From NCBI RefSeq assembly GCF_003019035.1, contig NZ_CP027447.1: a stretch of DNA of 64,000 nt, one strand, 5' to 3'. Both the position numbers and the translations under genes were made by a program. Origin of the DNA: Escherichia coli (GTDB taxonomy: Bacteria > Pseudomonadota > Gammaproteobacteria > Enterobacterales > Enterobacteriaceae). Shown here in pieces: positions 28,972-38,603 of the stretch (position 1 is the first letter of the stretch; each line of letters starts with the position of its first letter). The notes under the pieces are model-generated. The model was not told the origin of the DNA. It saw nothing but the letters and a program-made list of their open reading frames with translations, and did not search any database.

Positions 28972-30174
28972 ATGAGTTATGAAATTGCCGCAACGGGGCT
29001 GAATGCCGTTAACGAACAGCTGGACGGGATCAGTAACAACATCGCCAACGCCGGAACGGTAGGCTATAAGTCGATGACCACCCAGTTTTCAGCCATGTAT
29101 GCCGGAAGTCAGGCGATGGGCGTCAGCGTGGCAGGCACCGCGCAAAGTATTTCGCGCGGCGGTTCGCTGGTATCCACCGGTAACGCGCTGGATCTGGCGA
29201 TTAACGACGACGGTTTTTTTGTTACCTGCGACAGCGCGGGCAACATTTCTTATACCCGCGCCGGATCGTTTGAAACCGACAAAAACGGCTATATCGTCAA
29301 CGCCTCAGGCGCTTATTTGCAGGGCTATCCGGTCGATGACACGGGCACCCTGCAAACCGGTACAGTCACCGATATCCAGATCAAAACTGGCAATATTCCG
29401 GCGCAGGCCAGCAGCAGCCTGACCTTTACCGCCAACTTCGATGCCAGCGACGACGCTATCGACCGCACTACCGTACCGTTCGACGCGACCAACAGCAGCT
29501 CGTACACCGACAGCTACACCACCACGGTGTACGACTCATTAGGCAACGAACATTCGGTATGCCAGTACTTCACCAAAACCAGCGACAACACCTGGGAAGT
29601 GCAGTACACCTTCGACGGTCAGCAGCAGACCGGCGTTCCAGCGACGACGTTAACCTTCGACCCGAACACCGGGAAGCTGACTTCGCCAACTACGCCGCAG
29701 ACCATTGAATTTCAGACCGACGCCGCCGCACCCATCGACTTAACCGTCGATTACTCCACCTGTACGCAATACGGTTCTGAATTTTCTGTCACCACCAACG
29801 CCGCCGACGGCTACGCCTCCGCGACTCAGAACGGTGTGCAGGTCGATGACGATGGCAAAGTTTACGCCACCTACAGCAACGGCGAGCGCATGTTGCAGGG
29901 CCAGGTGGTGCTGGCGACTTTCCCTAACGACGACGGCCTGCAAGCCGTAAGCGGTACCGCGTGGGTACAAACCGGGGAATCCGGCACGCCACTGATTGGT
30001 GTTCCCGGTTCCGGAACCTGCGGCACGCTCACGTCGGGAGCGCTTGAGAGCTCTAACGTCGATATTACCAGCGAACTGGTTAACCTGATGACCGCCCAGC
30101 GTAACTATCAGGCCAACACCAAAGTGATCGCCACCAGCACGCAGCTCGATGACGCGCTGTTCCAGGCAATGTAA
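28972..30174 (+). CDS. lfgE: Flagellar hook protein FlgE homologue
   Basis: 400-aa ORF with conserved axial-protein N and C termini (...LVNLMTAQRNYQANTKVI...). Confidence 0.9.
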   Translation: MSYEIAATGLNAVNEQLDGISNNIANAGTVGYKSMTTQFSAMYAGSQAMGVSVAGTAQSISRGGSLVSTGNALDLAINDDGFFVTCDSAGNISYTRAGSFETDKNGYIVNASGAYLQGYPVDDTGTLQTGTVTDIQIKTGNIPAQASSSLTFTANFDASDDAIDRTTVPFDATNSSSYTDSYTTTVYDSLGNEHSVCQYFTKTSDNTWEVQYTFDGQQQTGVPATTLTFDPNTGKLTSPTTPQTIEFQTDAAAPIDLTVDYSTCTQYGSEFSVTTNAADGYASATQNGVQVDDDGKVYATYSNGERMLQGQVVLATFPNDDGLQAVSGTAWVQTGESGTPLIGVPGSGTCGTLTSGALESSNVDITSELVNLMTAQRNYQANTKVIATSTQLDDALFQAM

Positions 30175-30911
30175 TGGATCGCTTGATTTATACCGCCCTG
30201 AGCGGGGCTTCTCAGACGTTGTATGAGCAGCAGATTAGCGCCAACAACCTGGCGAACGTCAACACCAACGGTTTTCGCGCCGATATGGCAATGGCGACCA
30301 ATGACAAGGTGAAAGGCGGCGGCTTCGACACTCGCTATATGGCGCAGGAAGGGGCCAGCGGCGTGAACGACAGCACGGGTGCGGCGGAGAAAACCGAACG
30401 CCCGCTGGACGTGGCGATTCAGGGCGCGGGTTACATTGCGGTGCAGGATAAAAACGGCAACGAAGTCTATACCCGCAACGGCAACATTCAGCAGGACGAC
30501 CAGGGGCAACTGACCATCGACGGCAATCTGGTGCTGGGGGATAACGGGCCGATCATTCTGCCGCCGAACGCTATTGCTTCGTTTGGCAGCGACGGCACGC
30601 TGTCGGTGACGCCCGATGACGGCGACGTGACCGCGACGATGGATATCGACCGCCTGAAGCTGGTGGATATTCCGGTTGCTAACCTGGCGAAAAATCCTGA
30701 AGGGATGCTGATAACGGCGGATGGCGTTCCGGCCCAGCGCGATGAAAACATCAAAGTCAGCGGCGGTTTTCTCGAAGGCAGCAACGTCTCGGCGGTGAGC
30801 GAAATGATGTCGTCCATCGCCATGAATCGCCAGTTTGAAGCGCAGATCAAGATGATGAAAACCGCCGAAGATATCAGCGACGCGGGCAACCGCTTATTGC
30901 GCGGCTCGTAA
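30174..30911 (+). CDS. lfgF: Flagellar basal-body rod protein FlgF homologue
   Basis: 245-aa rod-family ORF. Confidence 0.85.
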   Translation: MDRLIYTALSGASQTLYEQQISANNLANVNTNGFRADMAMATNDKVKGGGFDTRYMAQEGASGVNDSTGAAEKTERPLDVAIQGAGYIAVQDKNGNEVYTRNGNIQQDDQGQLTIDGNLVLGDNGPIILPPNAIASFGSDGTLSVTPDDGDVTATMDIDRLKLVDIPVANLAKNPEGMLITADGVPAQRDENIKVSGGFLEGSNVSAVSEMMSSIAMNRQFEAQIKMMKTAEDISDAGNRLLRGS

Positions 30912-30921
30912 CCGCACATCG

Positions 30922-30957
30922 TAGGCCGGATAAGGCGTTCACGCCGCATCCGGCAAC
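30922..30957. repeat. REP (repetitive extragenic palindromic) element
   Basis: GTAGGCCGGATAAGGCGTTCACGCCGCATCCGGCAA. Confidence 0.8.
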
Positions 30958-30989
30958 TGCGGCCCAAAAATAACACGGAATTTACCACC

Positions 30990-31775
30990 ATGAACGCAGC
31001 ACTATGGATCAGCAAAACCGGCCTCTCGGCGCAGGATGCTGAAATGAGCGCGATTGCCAACAACATCGCCAACGTTAACACCACCGGCTTCAAGCGCGAT
31101 CGGGTGATGTTTCAGGATCTGTTCTACCAGACCCAGGAAGCGCCGGGCGCGATGCTCGACCAGAACAACATCATGCCGACCGGGCTGCAATTCGGGAGCG
31201 GCGTACGCATTGTCGGTACCCAGAAAACCTTCACCGAAGGCAACGTTGAGACCACCGACAACGCGATGAATGTCGCCATTATGGGGCAGGGATTTTTGCA
31301 GGTGCAAAAGGCCAACGGCGATATCGCCTATACCCGCGATGGCAACTTACAGGTGAACGCCGACGGCGTACTGACCAACTCGCAGGGCTTGCCGTTGCAG
31401 CCGGAAATCGACGTTCCGGCGGGGGCGACCAACGTTGCGTTTGGTGAGGACGGCACGGTGACGGCGATCTTACCCGGCGACAGCGATGTGACCGAGTTAG
31501 GGCAACTGACACTGGTGAACTTCGCTAACCCGGCGGGGCTCTCCGCCGAGGGCGACAACCTGTATCTGGAAACCGCTGCCAGCGGTCAGCCGACCGAAGG
31601 CGTACCGGGCGAAGATGGGCTTGGCACCTTGCAGGATAACGCGCTGGAAGGATCGAACGTGGATATCGTCAACGAGATGGTGGCGATGATTACGGTGCAA
31701 CGCGCGTACGAGATGAACGCCAAAATGGTCTCGGCGGCAGACGATATGTTGCAGTACATCAGTCAGACGCTGTAA
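30990..31775 (+). CDS. lfgG: Flagellar distal rod protein FlgG homologue
   Basis: 261-aa rod-family ORF. Confidence 0.9.
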   Translation: MNAALWISKTGLSAQDAEMSAIANNIANVNTTGFKRDRVMFQDLFYQTQEAPGAMLDQNNIMPTGLQFGSGVRIVGTQKTFTEGNVETTDNAMNVAIMGQGFLQVQKANGDIAYTRDGNLQVNADGVLTNSQGLPLQPEIDVPAGATNVAFGEDGTVTAILPGDSDVTELGQLTLVNFANPAGLSAEGDNLYLETAASGQPTEGVPGEDGLGTLQDNALEGSNVDIVNEMVAMITVQRAYEMNAKMVSAADDMLQYISQTL

Positions 31776-31793
31776 GGCCGAAATGTCGGATGC

Positions 31794-31825
31794 GACGCTG
31801 ACGCGTCTTATCCGACCTACAAGAG
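31794..31825. repeat. REP-like palindromic element inside the lfgG-lfgH spacer
   Basis: GTCGGATGCGACGCTGACGCGTCTTATCCGAC. Confidence 0.7.
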
Positions 31826-31857
31826 CACATAACTCACTGTATTTAAACAGGCAGAAC

Positions 31858-32523
31858 GTGAAAAATTATCTCTGGCTGGTGGCGCTGCTTCCCCTGCTTA
31901 GCGGGTGTGAATCGCAGGCCATTCTGGTCAAAAAAGACGACGCATACTTTGCGCCACCAACCACCGAAGCGCCGCCTCCGGCAGACGGGCGTGCCGGGGG
32001 CGTGTTTGAAACCGGCTACAACTGGTCGCTAACCGCCGACCGGCGGGCTTACCGCGTGGGCGATATCCTGACGGTGATCCTCGAAGAATCCACCCAGTCG
32101 AGCAAACAGGCGAAAACCAACTTCGGCAAAAGCAACACCGTTGATATCGGCGCGCCGACCATTTTTGGGCACACCAAAGATAAGCTTTCCGGCTCTATCG
32201 ACGCCAACCGCGACTTTGACGGCAGCGCCACTTCCCAGCAGCAGAACAGCCTGCGTGGGGAGATCACTGTTTCCGTCCATGCGGTGCAGCCTAACGGTAT
32301 TCTCGAAATTCGCGGCGAGAAATGGCTCACCCTCAACCAGGGCGATGAGTACATCCGCTTAAGCGGCCTGGTACGCGCCGACGACATCCAGAACGACAAC
32401 TCGGTTTCCTCTCAGCGGATCGCCGATGCCCGCATCTCCTATGCCGGACGCGGCGCGTTAAGCGACGCCAACGCCGCAGGCTGGTTGACGCGGCTGTTTT
32501 ACCATCCTCTGTTCCCGATTTAA
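31858..32523 (+). CDS. lfgH: Flagellar L-ring lipoprotein FlgH homologue (probable GTG start; ORF-track start at 31783 lies in the REP element)
   Basis: Lipoprotein signal ...LLPLLSGC followed by FlgH family sequence. Confidence 0.8.
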   Translation: MKNYLWLVALLPLLSGCESQAILVKKDDAYFAPPTTEAPPPADGRAGGVFETGYNWSLTADRRAYRVGDILTVILEESTQSSKQAKTNFGKSNTVDIGAPTIFGHTKDKLSGSIDANRDFDGSATSQQQNSLRGEITVSVHAVQPNGILEIRGEKWLTLNQGDEYIRLSGLVRADDIQNDNSVSSQRIADARISYAGRGALSDANAAGWLTRLFYHPLFPI

Positions 32524-32537
32524 TGCCGGAGAGTGCA

Positions 32538-33638
32538 ATGCAAAACTGGATAAAGGCCGCAGCGATCGCTGTAAGTCTGACGCTGCCCGGCGTGGCGCTG
32601 GCGCAATCGCTGGAGTCGCTGGTCAACGTACAAGGTGTGCGTGAAAACCAACTGGTCGGCTACAGCCTGGTGGTCGGCCTTGACGGCACGGGTGATAAAA
32701 ACCAGGTCAAATTTACCAACCAGACCATCACCAATATGTTGCGCCAGTTTGGCGTGCAACTGCCGAATAAAATCGACCCGAAAGTGAAAAACGTCGCCGC
32801 GGTAGCGGTGAGCGCCACGCTGCCGCCGATGTACTCGCGCGGGCAGACCATCGATGTCACTGTTTCGTCGATTGGCGATGCTAAAAGTATTCGTGGCGGC
32901 ACTTTGTTGCTGACCCAGTTGCACGGCGCGGATGGCGAAGTTTATGCGCTGGCGCAGGGCAGCGTGGTGGTGGGCGGGATGAATGCCACCGGGGCCAGCG
33001 GTTCGAGCGTAACGGTTAATACGCCAACCGCCGGGTTAATTCCTAACGGCGCAACGGTAGAGCGCGAGATCCCCAGCGATTTTCAGATGGGCGACACTAT
33101 CACCCTCAACCTGAAACGTCCGTCGTTTAAAGATGCCAACAATATTGCGGCGGCGATTAACGCCTCGTTTGGCGGCATTGCTACTGCGCAGAGCTCTACC
33201 AACGTCAGCGTGCGCGCGCCCACCAGCCCCGGCGCGCGGGTGGCATTTATGTCGCAACTGGATGATGTACAGGTGCAGGCAGAGAAAATCCGCGCCCGTG
33301 TGGTGTTTAACTCGCGTACCGGCACGGTGGTGATGGGCGATGGCGTTGCGCTGCACGCGGCGGCGGTGTCGCACGGCAGTTTGACCGTCTCGATTAACGA
33401 AACCAGCAACGTCAGCCAGCCGAATGCCTTTGCGAGTGGGCGCACGACGGTAACGCCGCAGAGCAATATCGCGGTGAATCATGCCCGTCCGGGCGTGGTG
33501 AGTTTGCCGGAGTCGAGCAGCCTGAAAACGCTGGTCAATGCGTTGAACAGTTTGGGCGCGACGCCGGACGACATTATGTCGATTTTACAGGCGCTGCATG
33601 AGGCGGGCGCGCTGGATGCCGACCTGGAGGTGATCTGA
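32538..33638 (+). CDS. lfgI: Flagellar P-ring protein FlgI homologue
   Basis: Signal peptide plus FlgI family sequence; start at MQNWIK. Confidence 0.9.
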   Translation: MQNWIKAAAIAVSLTLPGVALAQSLESLVNVQGVRENQLVGYSLVVGLDGTGDKNQVKFTNQTITNMLRQFGVQLPNKIDPKVKNVAAVAVSATLPPMYSRGQTIDVTVSSIGDAKSIRGGTLLLTQLHGADGEVYALAQGSVVVGGMNATGASGSSVTVNTPTAGLIPNGATVEREIPSDFQMGDTITLNLKRPSFKDANNIAAAINASFGGIATAQSSTNVSVRAPTSPGARVAFMSQLDDVQVQAEKIRARVVFNSRTGTVVMGDGVALHAAAVSHGSLTVSINETSNVSQPNAFASGRTTVTPQSNIAVNHARPGVVSLPESSSLKTLVNALNSLGATPDDIMSILQALHEAGALDADLEVI

Positions 33639-33937
33639 TGAAAGTGAACGCCAGCGGCGGGATTGATGGCAGCGATGCGTTAATGGGGCCGAAGGTTCAG
33701 GCCAATGATATTAAGCAGGCCGCGGAGCAGTTTGAGGCGATTTTTTTACGCAACATGCTGAAAGAGATGCGTAAAACCAACGAGTTGTTCGATTCGAAAG
33801 ATAACCCATTTAACAGCGATTCGGTGCGCATGATGCAGGGGTTTTATGACGATGAGTTGTGTAACACCCTGGCGCAGCAGCACGGGATTGGGATTGCGGC
33901 GATGATTGTGAAGCAGTTGTCGCCGAAGGGGAAATGA
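33638..33937 (+). CDS. lfgJ: FlgJ-like rod-binding domain protein (99 aa, no muramidase domain)
   Basis: Matches the N-terminal rod-binding part of FlgJ (...QAAEQFEAIFLRNMLKEMR...); ORF ends before any glucosaminidase domain. Confidence 0.75.
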   Translation: MKVNASGGIDGSDALMGPKVQANDIKQAAEQFEAIFLRNMLKEMRKTNELFDSKDNPFNSDSVRMMQGFYDDELCNTLAQQHGIGIAAMIVKQLSPKGK

Positions 33938-33950
33938 GGGGCGCGCTTTG

Positions 33951-34060
33951 CCCCTCACCCTAACCCTCTCCCCAAAGGGGCGAGGGGACCGATTGAGCGC
34001 GGAGGTGAATATGGCGCAGGTTTTCGCCCTCTCCCTGTGGGAGAGGGCCGGGGTGAGGGC
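33951..34060. repeat. Two GC-rich hairpin repeat units (33951-33987 and 34026-34060) between lfgJ and lfgK
   Basis: CCCTCTCCCC-AAA-GGGGCGAGGGG and CCCTCTCCC-TGT-GGGAGAGGGCCGGGGTGAGGG; same family as 5193. Confidence 0.6.
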
Positions 34061-34142
34061 ATCAGCGCGCACCATTATCCACTTAAGAATCCCCATCTTC
34101 ACGCCGCTTTTAACCGGCACGATTTACCGGTAAGGATCCAAC

Positions 34143-35519
34143 ATGGACATGATTAACATCGGCTACAGCGGCGCATCAACCGCGCAGGTAGAGCTGAACG
34201 TCACGGCGCAAAACACCGCCAACGCCATGACCACGGGCTACACCCGTCAGGTGGCGGAGATCAGCACCATCGGCGCCAGCGGTGGTTCGCCGAACAGCGC
34301 CGGTAACGGCGTGCAGGTCGACAGCATTCGCCGCGTCTCTAACCAGTATCAGGTGAATCAGGTGTGGTATGCCGCCAGCGATTACGGCTATTACAGCACC
34401 CAGCAGGGGTATCTCACGCAACTGGAAGCGGTACTGAGCGACGATAACAGCAGCCTGAGCGGCGGCTTCGATAACTTCTTCGCCGCCCTTAACGAAGCGA
34501 CCACCAGCCCCGATGATTCCGCCCTGCGCGAACAGGTGATCAGCGAAGCCGGGGCGCTGTCGTTGCGTATCGACAACACGCTGGATTACATCGACTCGCA
34601 AAGCACGGAAATCATCAGCCAGCAGCAGGCGATGGTGTCGCAAATCAACACGCTCACCAGCGGTATCGCCAGCTATAACCAGCAAATCGCCCAGGCTGAA
34701 GCCAACGGTGATAATGCCTCCGCGCTGTATGACGCCCGTGACCAGATGGTGGAAGAGCTTAGCGGGATGATGGATGTGCAGGTCAATATCGACGACCAGG
34801 GCAACTACAACGTCACCCTGAAAAACGGTCAGCCGCTGGTGAGCGGGCAACAAAGCTCGACCATCGCGCTGGAAACCAACGCCGACGGTACGCCGACCAT
34901 GTCGCTGACGTTCGCTGGCACCACCTCGACGATGACTACCGACACCGGCGGTTCATTAGGCGCACTGTTTGATTATCAAAACGACGTGCTGACGCCGCTG
35001 ACCGACACCATCAACAGCATGGCGTCGCAGTTTGCCGATGCGGTCAACAATCAACTGGTGCAGGGCTACGATCTCAACGGTAACCCCGGCGAGCCGCTGT
35101 TTATTTACGATGCCAGCAATGCCGATGGCCCGCTGACCGTTAACCCGGATATCACCGCCGATGAACTGGCGTTCTCCAGTTCGCCGGATGAAAGCGGCAA
35201 CAGCGACAACCTCCAGGCGCTGATCAATATCTCCACCGAACCGCTGGAGATAGCCAACCTTGGCAGCGTGACGGTCGGGCAGGCGTGCTCGTCAATCATC
35301 AGCAATATCGGCATTTACAGTCAGCAAAATCAGACGGAAGTCGATGCCGCGTCCAATGTCTATTCCGCAGCGCAAAACCAGCAGAGTAGCGTCAGCGGCG
35401 TCAGCATGGACGAAGAAGCGGTGAACCTGATCACCTATCAACAAATTTATGAAGCTAATCTGAAAGTCATTTCCGCCGGGGCCGAGATTTTCGATTCGGT
35501 GCTGGAAATGTGCAGCTAA
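34143..35519 (+). CDS. lfgK: Hook-associated protein 1 FlgK homologue
   Basis: 458-aa ORF with axial-protein N-terminus (...GYSGASTAQVELNVTAQNTANA...). Confidence 0.85.
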   Translation: MDMINIGYSGASTAQVELNVTAQNTANAMTTGYTRQVAEISTIGASGGSPNSAGNGVQVDSIRRVSNQYQVNQVWYAASDYGYYSTQQGYLTQLEAVLSDDNSSLSGGFDNFFAALNEATTSPDDSALREQVISEAGALSLRIDNTLDYIDSQSTEIISQQQAMVSQINTLTSGIASYNQQIAQAEANGDNASALYDARDQMVEELSGMMDVQVNIDDQGNYNVTLKNGQPLVSGQQSSTIALETNADGTPTMSLTFAGTTSTMTTDTGGSLGALFDYQNDVLTPLTDTINSMASQFADAVNNQLVQGYDLNGNPGEPLFIYDASNADGPLTVNPDITADELAFSSSPDESGNSDNLQALINISTEPLEIANLGSVTVGQACSSIISNIGIYSQQNQTEVDAASNVYSAAQNQQSSVSGVSMDEEAVNLITYQQIYEANLKVISAGAEIFDSVLEMCS

Positions 35520-35533
35520 GCGGGAGCGCGAAA

Positions 35534-36463
35534 ATGCGAGTAACCACCCAACAAACCTACGTCTCGATGACGCAAAGTTTTAATAATCTCTCCGGCTCTC
35601 TGGCGCATGTGGTCGAGCAGATGGCAACCGGCAAGGAAATTTTGCAGCCGTCGGATGACCCGATCGCCGCCACGCGTATCACCCAGTTGAACCGCCAGCA
35701 GTCGGCGATTGAGCAGTATCAAAGCAATATTGACTCTGCGTCGGCGGGGTTAAGCCAGCAGGAGTCGATTCTCGATGGCGTCAACAACAGCCTGCTGGCG
35801 GTGCGCGACGACCTGCTGGAAGCGGCGAACGGCACCAATACCGCTGATTCGCTCGCAAGCCTCGGGCAGGATATTCAGTCGCTCACCGAATCGATGGTGG
35901 CGGCGCTCAATTATCAGGACGAAGACGGGCATTACGTGTTTGGCGGTACCATCAACGATCAGCCGCCGATTGTGGCGGTGGACGATGATGGCGATGGCGT
36001 GACCGACAGCTATAGCTATCAGGGCAACAGCGACCACCGCCAGACCACGGTGTCGAACGGCGTGGAAGTGGATACCAACGTGGCGGCGAGCGATTTCTTC
36101 GGCAGCAATTTAGATGTGCTCAACACGCTCAATTCGCTCTCTCAGGAGTTGCAAGACCCAAACGTTGACCCGGCCGATCCGCAGGTGCAGAGCGATATTC
36201 AGAACGCCGTTGATGTGGTGGACACCGCTTCGGACGATCTCAACGCCTCGATTGCGTCGCTTGGCGAGACGCAGAACACCATGTCGATGCTGAGCGATGC
36301 GCAGACCGATATTTCTACCTCTAATGATGAGTTGATTGGTTCTTTACAGGATCTCGATTACGGCCCGGCGTCGATCACCTTTACCGGACTGGAAGTGGCA
36401 ATGGAAGCTACCCTCAAGACTTACTCGAAAGTGAGTGAGTTGAATTTATTCAGCGTTCTCTAA
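35534..36463 (+). CDS. lfgL: Hook-associated protein 3 FlgL homologue
   Basis: 309-aa flagellin-like junction protein; start at MRVTTQQ. Confidence 0.8.
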   Translation: MRVTTQQTYVSMTQSFNNLSGSLAHVVEQMATGKEILQPSDDPIAATRITQLNRQQSAIEQYQSNIDSASAGLSQQESILDGVNNSLLAVRDDLLEAANGTNTADSLASLGQDIQSLTESMVAALNYQDEDGHYVFGGTINDQPPIVAVDDDGDGVTDSYSYQGNSDHRQTTVSNGVEVDTNVAASDFFGSNLDVLNTLNSLSQELQDPNVDPADPQVQSDIQNAVDVVDTASDDLNASIASLGETQNTMSMLSDAQTDISTSNDELIGSLQDLDYGPASITFTGLEVAMEATLKTYSKVSELNLFSVL

Positions 36464-36479
36464 CTCTTTCAGGAACCGT

Positions 36480-37457
36480 ATGCAGGTCGGACTTACTTCT
36501 TCGTCACTCACCACCGGCGGCGCGCATAGCGCTGCGGTATCGTCGTCAACCGTTGCGCCCACTCAGGCGGTGCGGCAAAAACTCCCGGCGACGGCGAGTG
36601 AATATCCGGCCTCGCCGCTGATTACCACTCGCCCGCAGCGTTACAGTGTGCAGCTTAACGATCAGCTCACCACGTTGCAGCAGGCGGATCACTATCTCGG
36701 GCAACTGGAACAGCAGTTGCTCGATTACCGTCACAGCCAGCGTAAGGGCGGGCAGGCGCAGAGTTCAGCGCTGATGCAGATGCTGGACAAACGCACCGCG
36801 CTTTCCGGCGGCGCGGTGGACCGCCAGTTGCAGCCAGTGTTGCAGGGGGAAGCGCGGGTGACTTTTCACTCGCCGGATCTGACGAATCTGGTACACAATC
36901 CCACGCCGGGAACGCGCATGTTCAGTGTCACTGGCGGGCGGCAGACCCAGCTTTCGGCGGTGATGCTGTCTGAGGATGACAGCGCCGCGCAGTATCAGAC
37001 GCGGCTGACCAACGCTCTGCGCCGCGTGGGTGTGCAACTGCATCAGCAAGCGGACGGCATCAGCTTCTCCACCACTGAAAAACAGTGGCCCCATATCGAG
37101 CGCACCTTAAGCGTGCGCACCGATGGCGATAAGTCGGCGTTTATGCCGCTGAAAACCTTTGCCGAACCGTCACAGGCGGACCGCTTAGCGCAAAGCCTGC
37201 AACAAGGCGGGGCGGGAATTTCTCAAATGCTGGAAAACATTAATCAGCAGCGCGCGCAAATGGCGGTGCAGCAGGAAAAAGCGCGGCAGTTGATCGACGG
37301 CATGTCCCGCTTCCCGCAAACGGAAAGCGCCGTGCAGGCGTCGGAAAATCTCGGCGGCGTGCTGGATAGCGCCAATCATAACTATCAAGTTTTATTGCAG
37401 GCGGTGAACGGTCAGGCACGGATTTCCAGCCAGACGGTGAGGAGTTTATTGGGGTAG
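36480..37457 (+). CDS. lafW: Hypothetical Flag-2 protein (325 aa), no recognisable family
   Basis: Ser/Thr/Gln-rich ORF in the position given as lafW in the Flag-2 nomenclature as I recall it. Confidence 0.6.
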   Translation: MQVGLTSSSLTTGGAHSAAVSSSTVAPTQAVRQKLPATASEYPASPLITTRPQRYSVQLNDQLTTLQQADHYLGQLEQQLLDYRHSQRKGGQAQSSALMQMLDKRTALSGGAVDRQLQPVLQGEARVTFHSPDLTNLVHNPTPGTRMFSVTGGRQTQLSAVMLSEDDSAAQYQTRLTNALRRVGVQLHQQADGISFSTTEKQWPHIERTLSVRTDGDKSAFMPLKTFAEPSQADRLAQSLQQGGAGISQMLENINQQRAQMAVQQEKARQLIDGMSRFPQTESAVQASENLGGVLDSANHNYQVLLQAVNGQARISSQTVRSLLG

Positions 37458-37547
37458 TGTTATTGAAAATCAATCAAATGAGGCTGTTGTAAAAAATCAT
37501 TTCAGTGCAGAATATGCTATAACTCTACGGGTTAAAAAAGGAATGAA

Positions 37548-37691
37548 ATGACCACTCTCAAGCAACTGATGGATAAGCAAAGCCCTGAAAGTCGTAGGCG
37601 AATAATAAAAAAAGCAGAACGAATCCGGCAAACTATCATTAATAAAAAGCTAGAGTTACCAATAACTAAAACTATCAGCAATTCCGATTGA
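37548..37691 (+). CDS. Possible small ORF (47 aa, basic)
   Basis: ATG with AAGGA RBS 5 nt upstream; MTTLKQLMDKQSPESRRRIIKKAERIRQ...; AT-rich with rare codons, so may not be translated. Confidence 0.25.
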   Translation: MTTLKQLMDKQSPESRRRIIKKAERIRQTIINKKLELPITKTISNSD

Positions 37692-37710
37692 TTTCATTCG
37701 GGATTTTCGT

Positions 37711-37746
37711 TGGCCGGATAAGACGCGTTTAGCGTCGCATCCGGCA
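37711..37746. repeat. REP element
   Basis: GGCCGGATAAGACGCGTTTAGCGTCGCATCCGGCAT. Confidence 0.8.
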
Positions 37747-37760
37747 TATATTGGCACTCG

Positions 37761-38603
37761 TCAGCATTTCTGCACAGTATTTAACAACTTCTCTAAATTC
37801 TGATACATCGCGCGATTAATATCGCTGTTCTGCCAGCCTTCCACATTAAAAGTTAATTGCCAGCTACCATTGCACTGGTTGCGCAGAACAATATCACTTT
37901 CCAGTCGGTTACGAACATATTTATAATAAGTTGTCATTGTCATATTATGCGCTGACAATAAATTATCGAGTTTGTCTTTTCCTGGTTCGAGGGTTTGTGA
38001 CAGTAACGGTACGGAATTATTTTCCTTTCCAGAACTAAGATGAAATATTTTTATTCTTGGACTGTTAATTGACTCTTTTACCAGTTGCGGGGCGTCAGGT
38101 GTACTTTTCAAGTGTGAATACCCCACGGTCGAGCCAATAAATATAACAGCCGCGGTCAACGCTAACCCCATCAGTCCTTTATGTTTTTTTCTAACTGGTA
38201 CAGGCGGTGTTGTCGAAGATATCTCTTCTGACACAGTTTCCTGTACCTGGTCGGTAATCATCAGCTTTTCCGCAGGCGATAACTCCGGCAAAGACACATA
38301 CTCTTTATTGCACAAGTAACCTTTCTTCGGAATTGTTTTAATAATGTTCTGTTGTTTGCCATCATCGTCGATAGCAACGCGTAACGCATGGATCGCCGTC
38401 GGCAGGCTGTTACCGCCGACTATGCGGTTCTTCCATACTTCGGCACATAAATAAGATCGCGATAAAACCACATCGGCATTTTTTGCTAATGTTTCCAGCA
38501 AAATAAAATGGTATTCGCCGAGACGACGTGTTTCACCCGTTTCGCAATGTATTAAGGCATTAAGCGACGGGTCCATCCGCCAGTTGTTGATAATAATACT
38601 CAT
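37761..38603 (-). CDS. lafZ: ToxR/CadC-like membrane-anchored transcriptional regulator (N-terminal winged-helix domain, one TM helix, periplasmic C-terminal domain)
   Basis: Winged-helix core ...LSRSYLCAEVWKNRIVGGNSLPTAIHALRVAID...; hydrophobic segment GLMGLALTAAVIFIGSTVGY; gene is markedly AT-rich. Confidence 0.75.
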   Translation of the reverse strand: MSIIINNWRMDPSLNALIHCETGETRRLGEYHFILLETLAKNADVVLSRSYLCAEVWKNRIVGGNSLPTAIHALRVAIDDDGKQQNIIKTIPKKGYLCNKEYVSLPELSPAEKLMITDQVQETVSEEISSTTPPVPVRKKHKGLMGLALTAAVIFIGSTVGYSHLKSTPDAPQLVKESINSPRIKIFHLSSGKENNSVPLLSQTLEPGKDKLDNLLSAHNMTMTTYYKYVRNRLESDIVLRNQCNGSWQLTFNVEGWQNSDINRAMYQNLEKLLNTVQKC

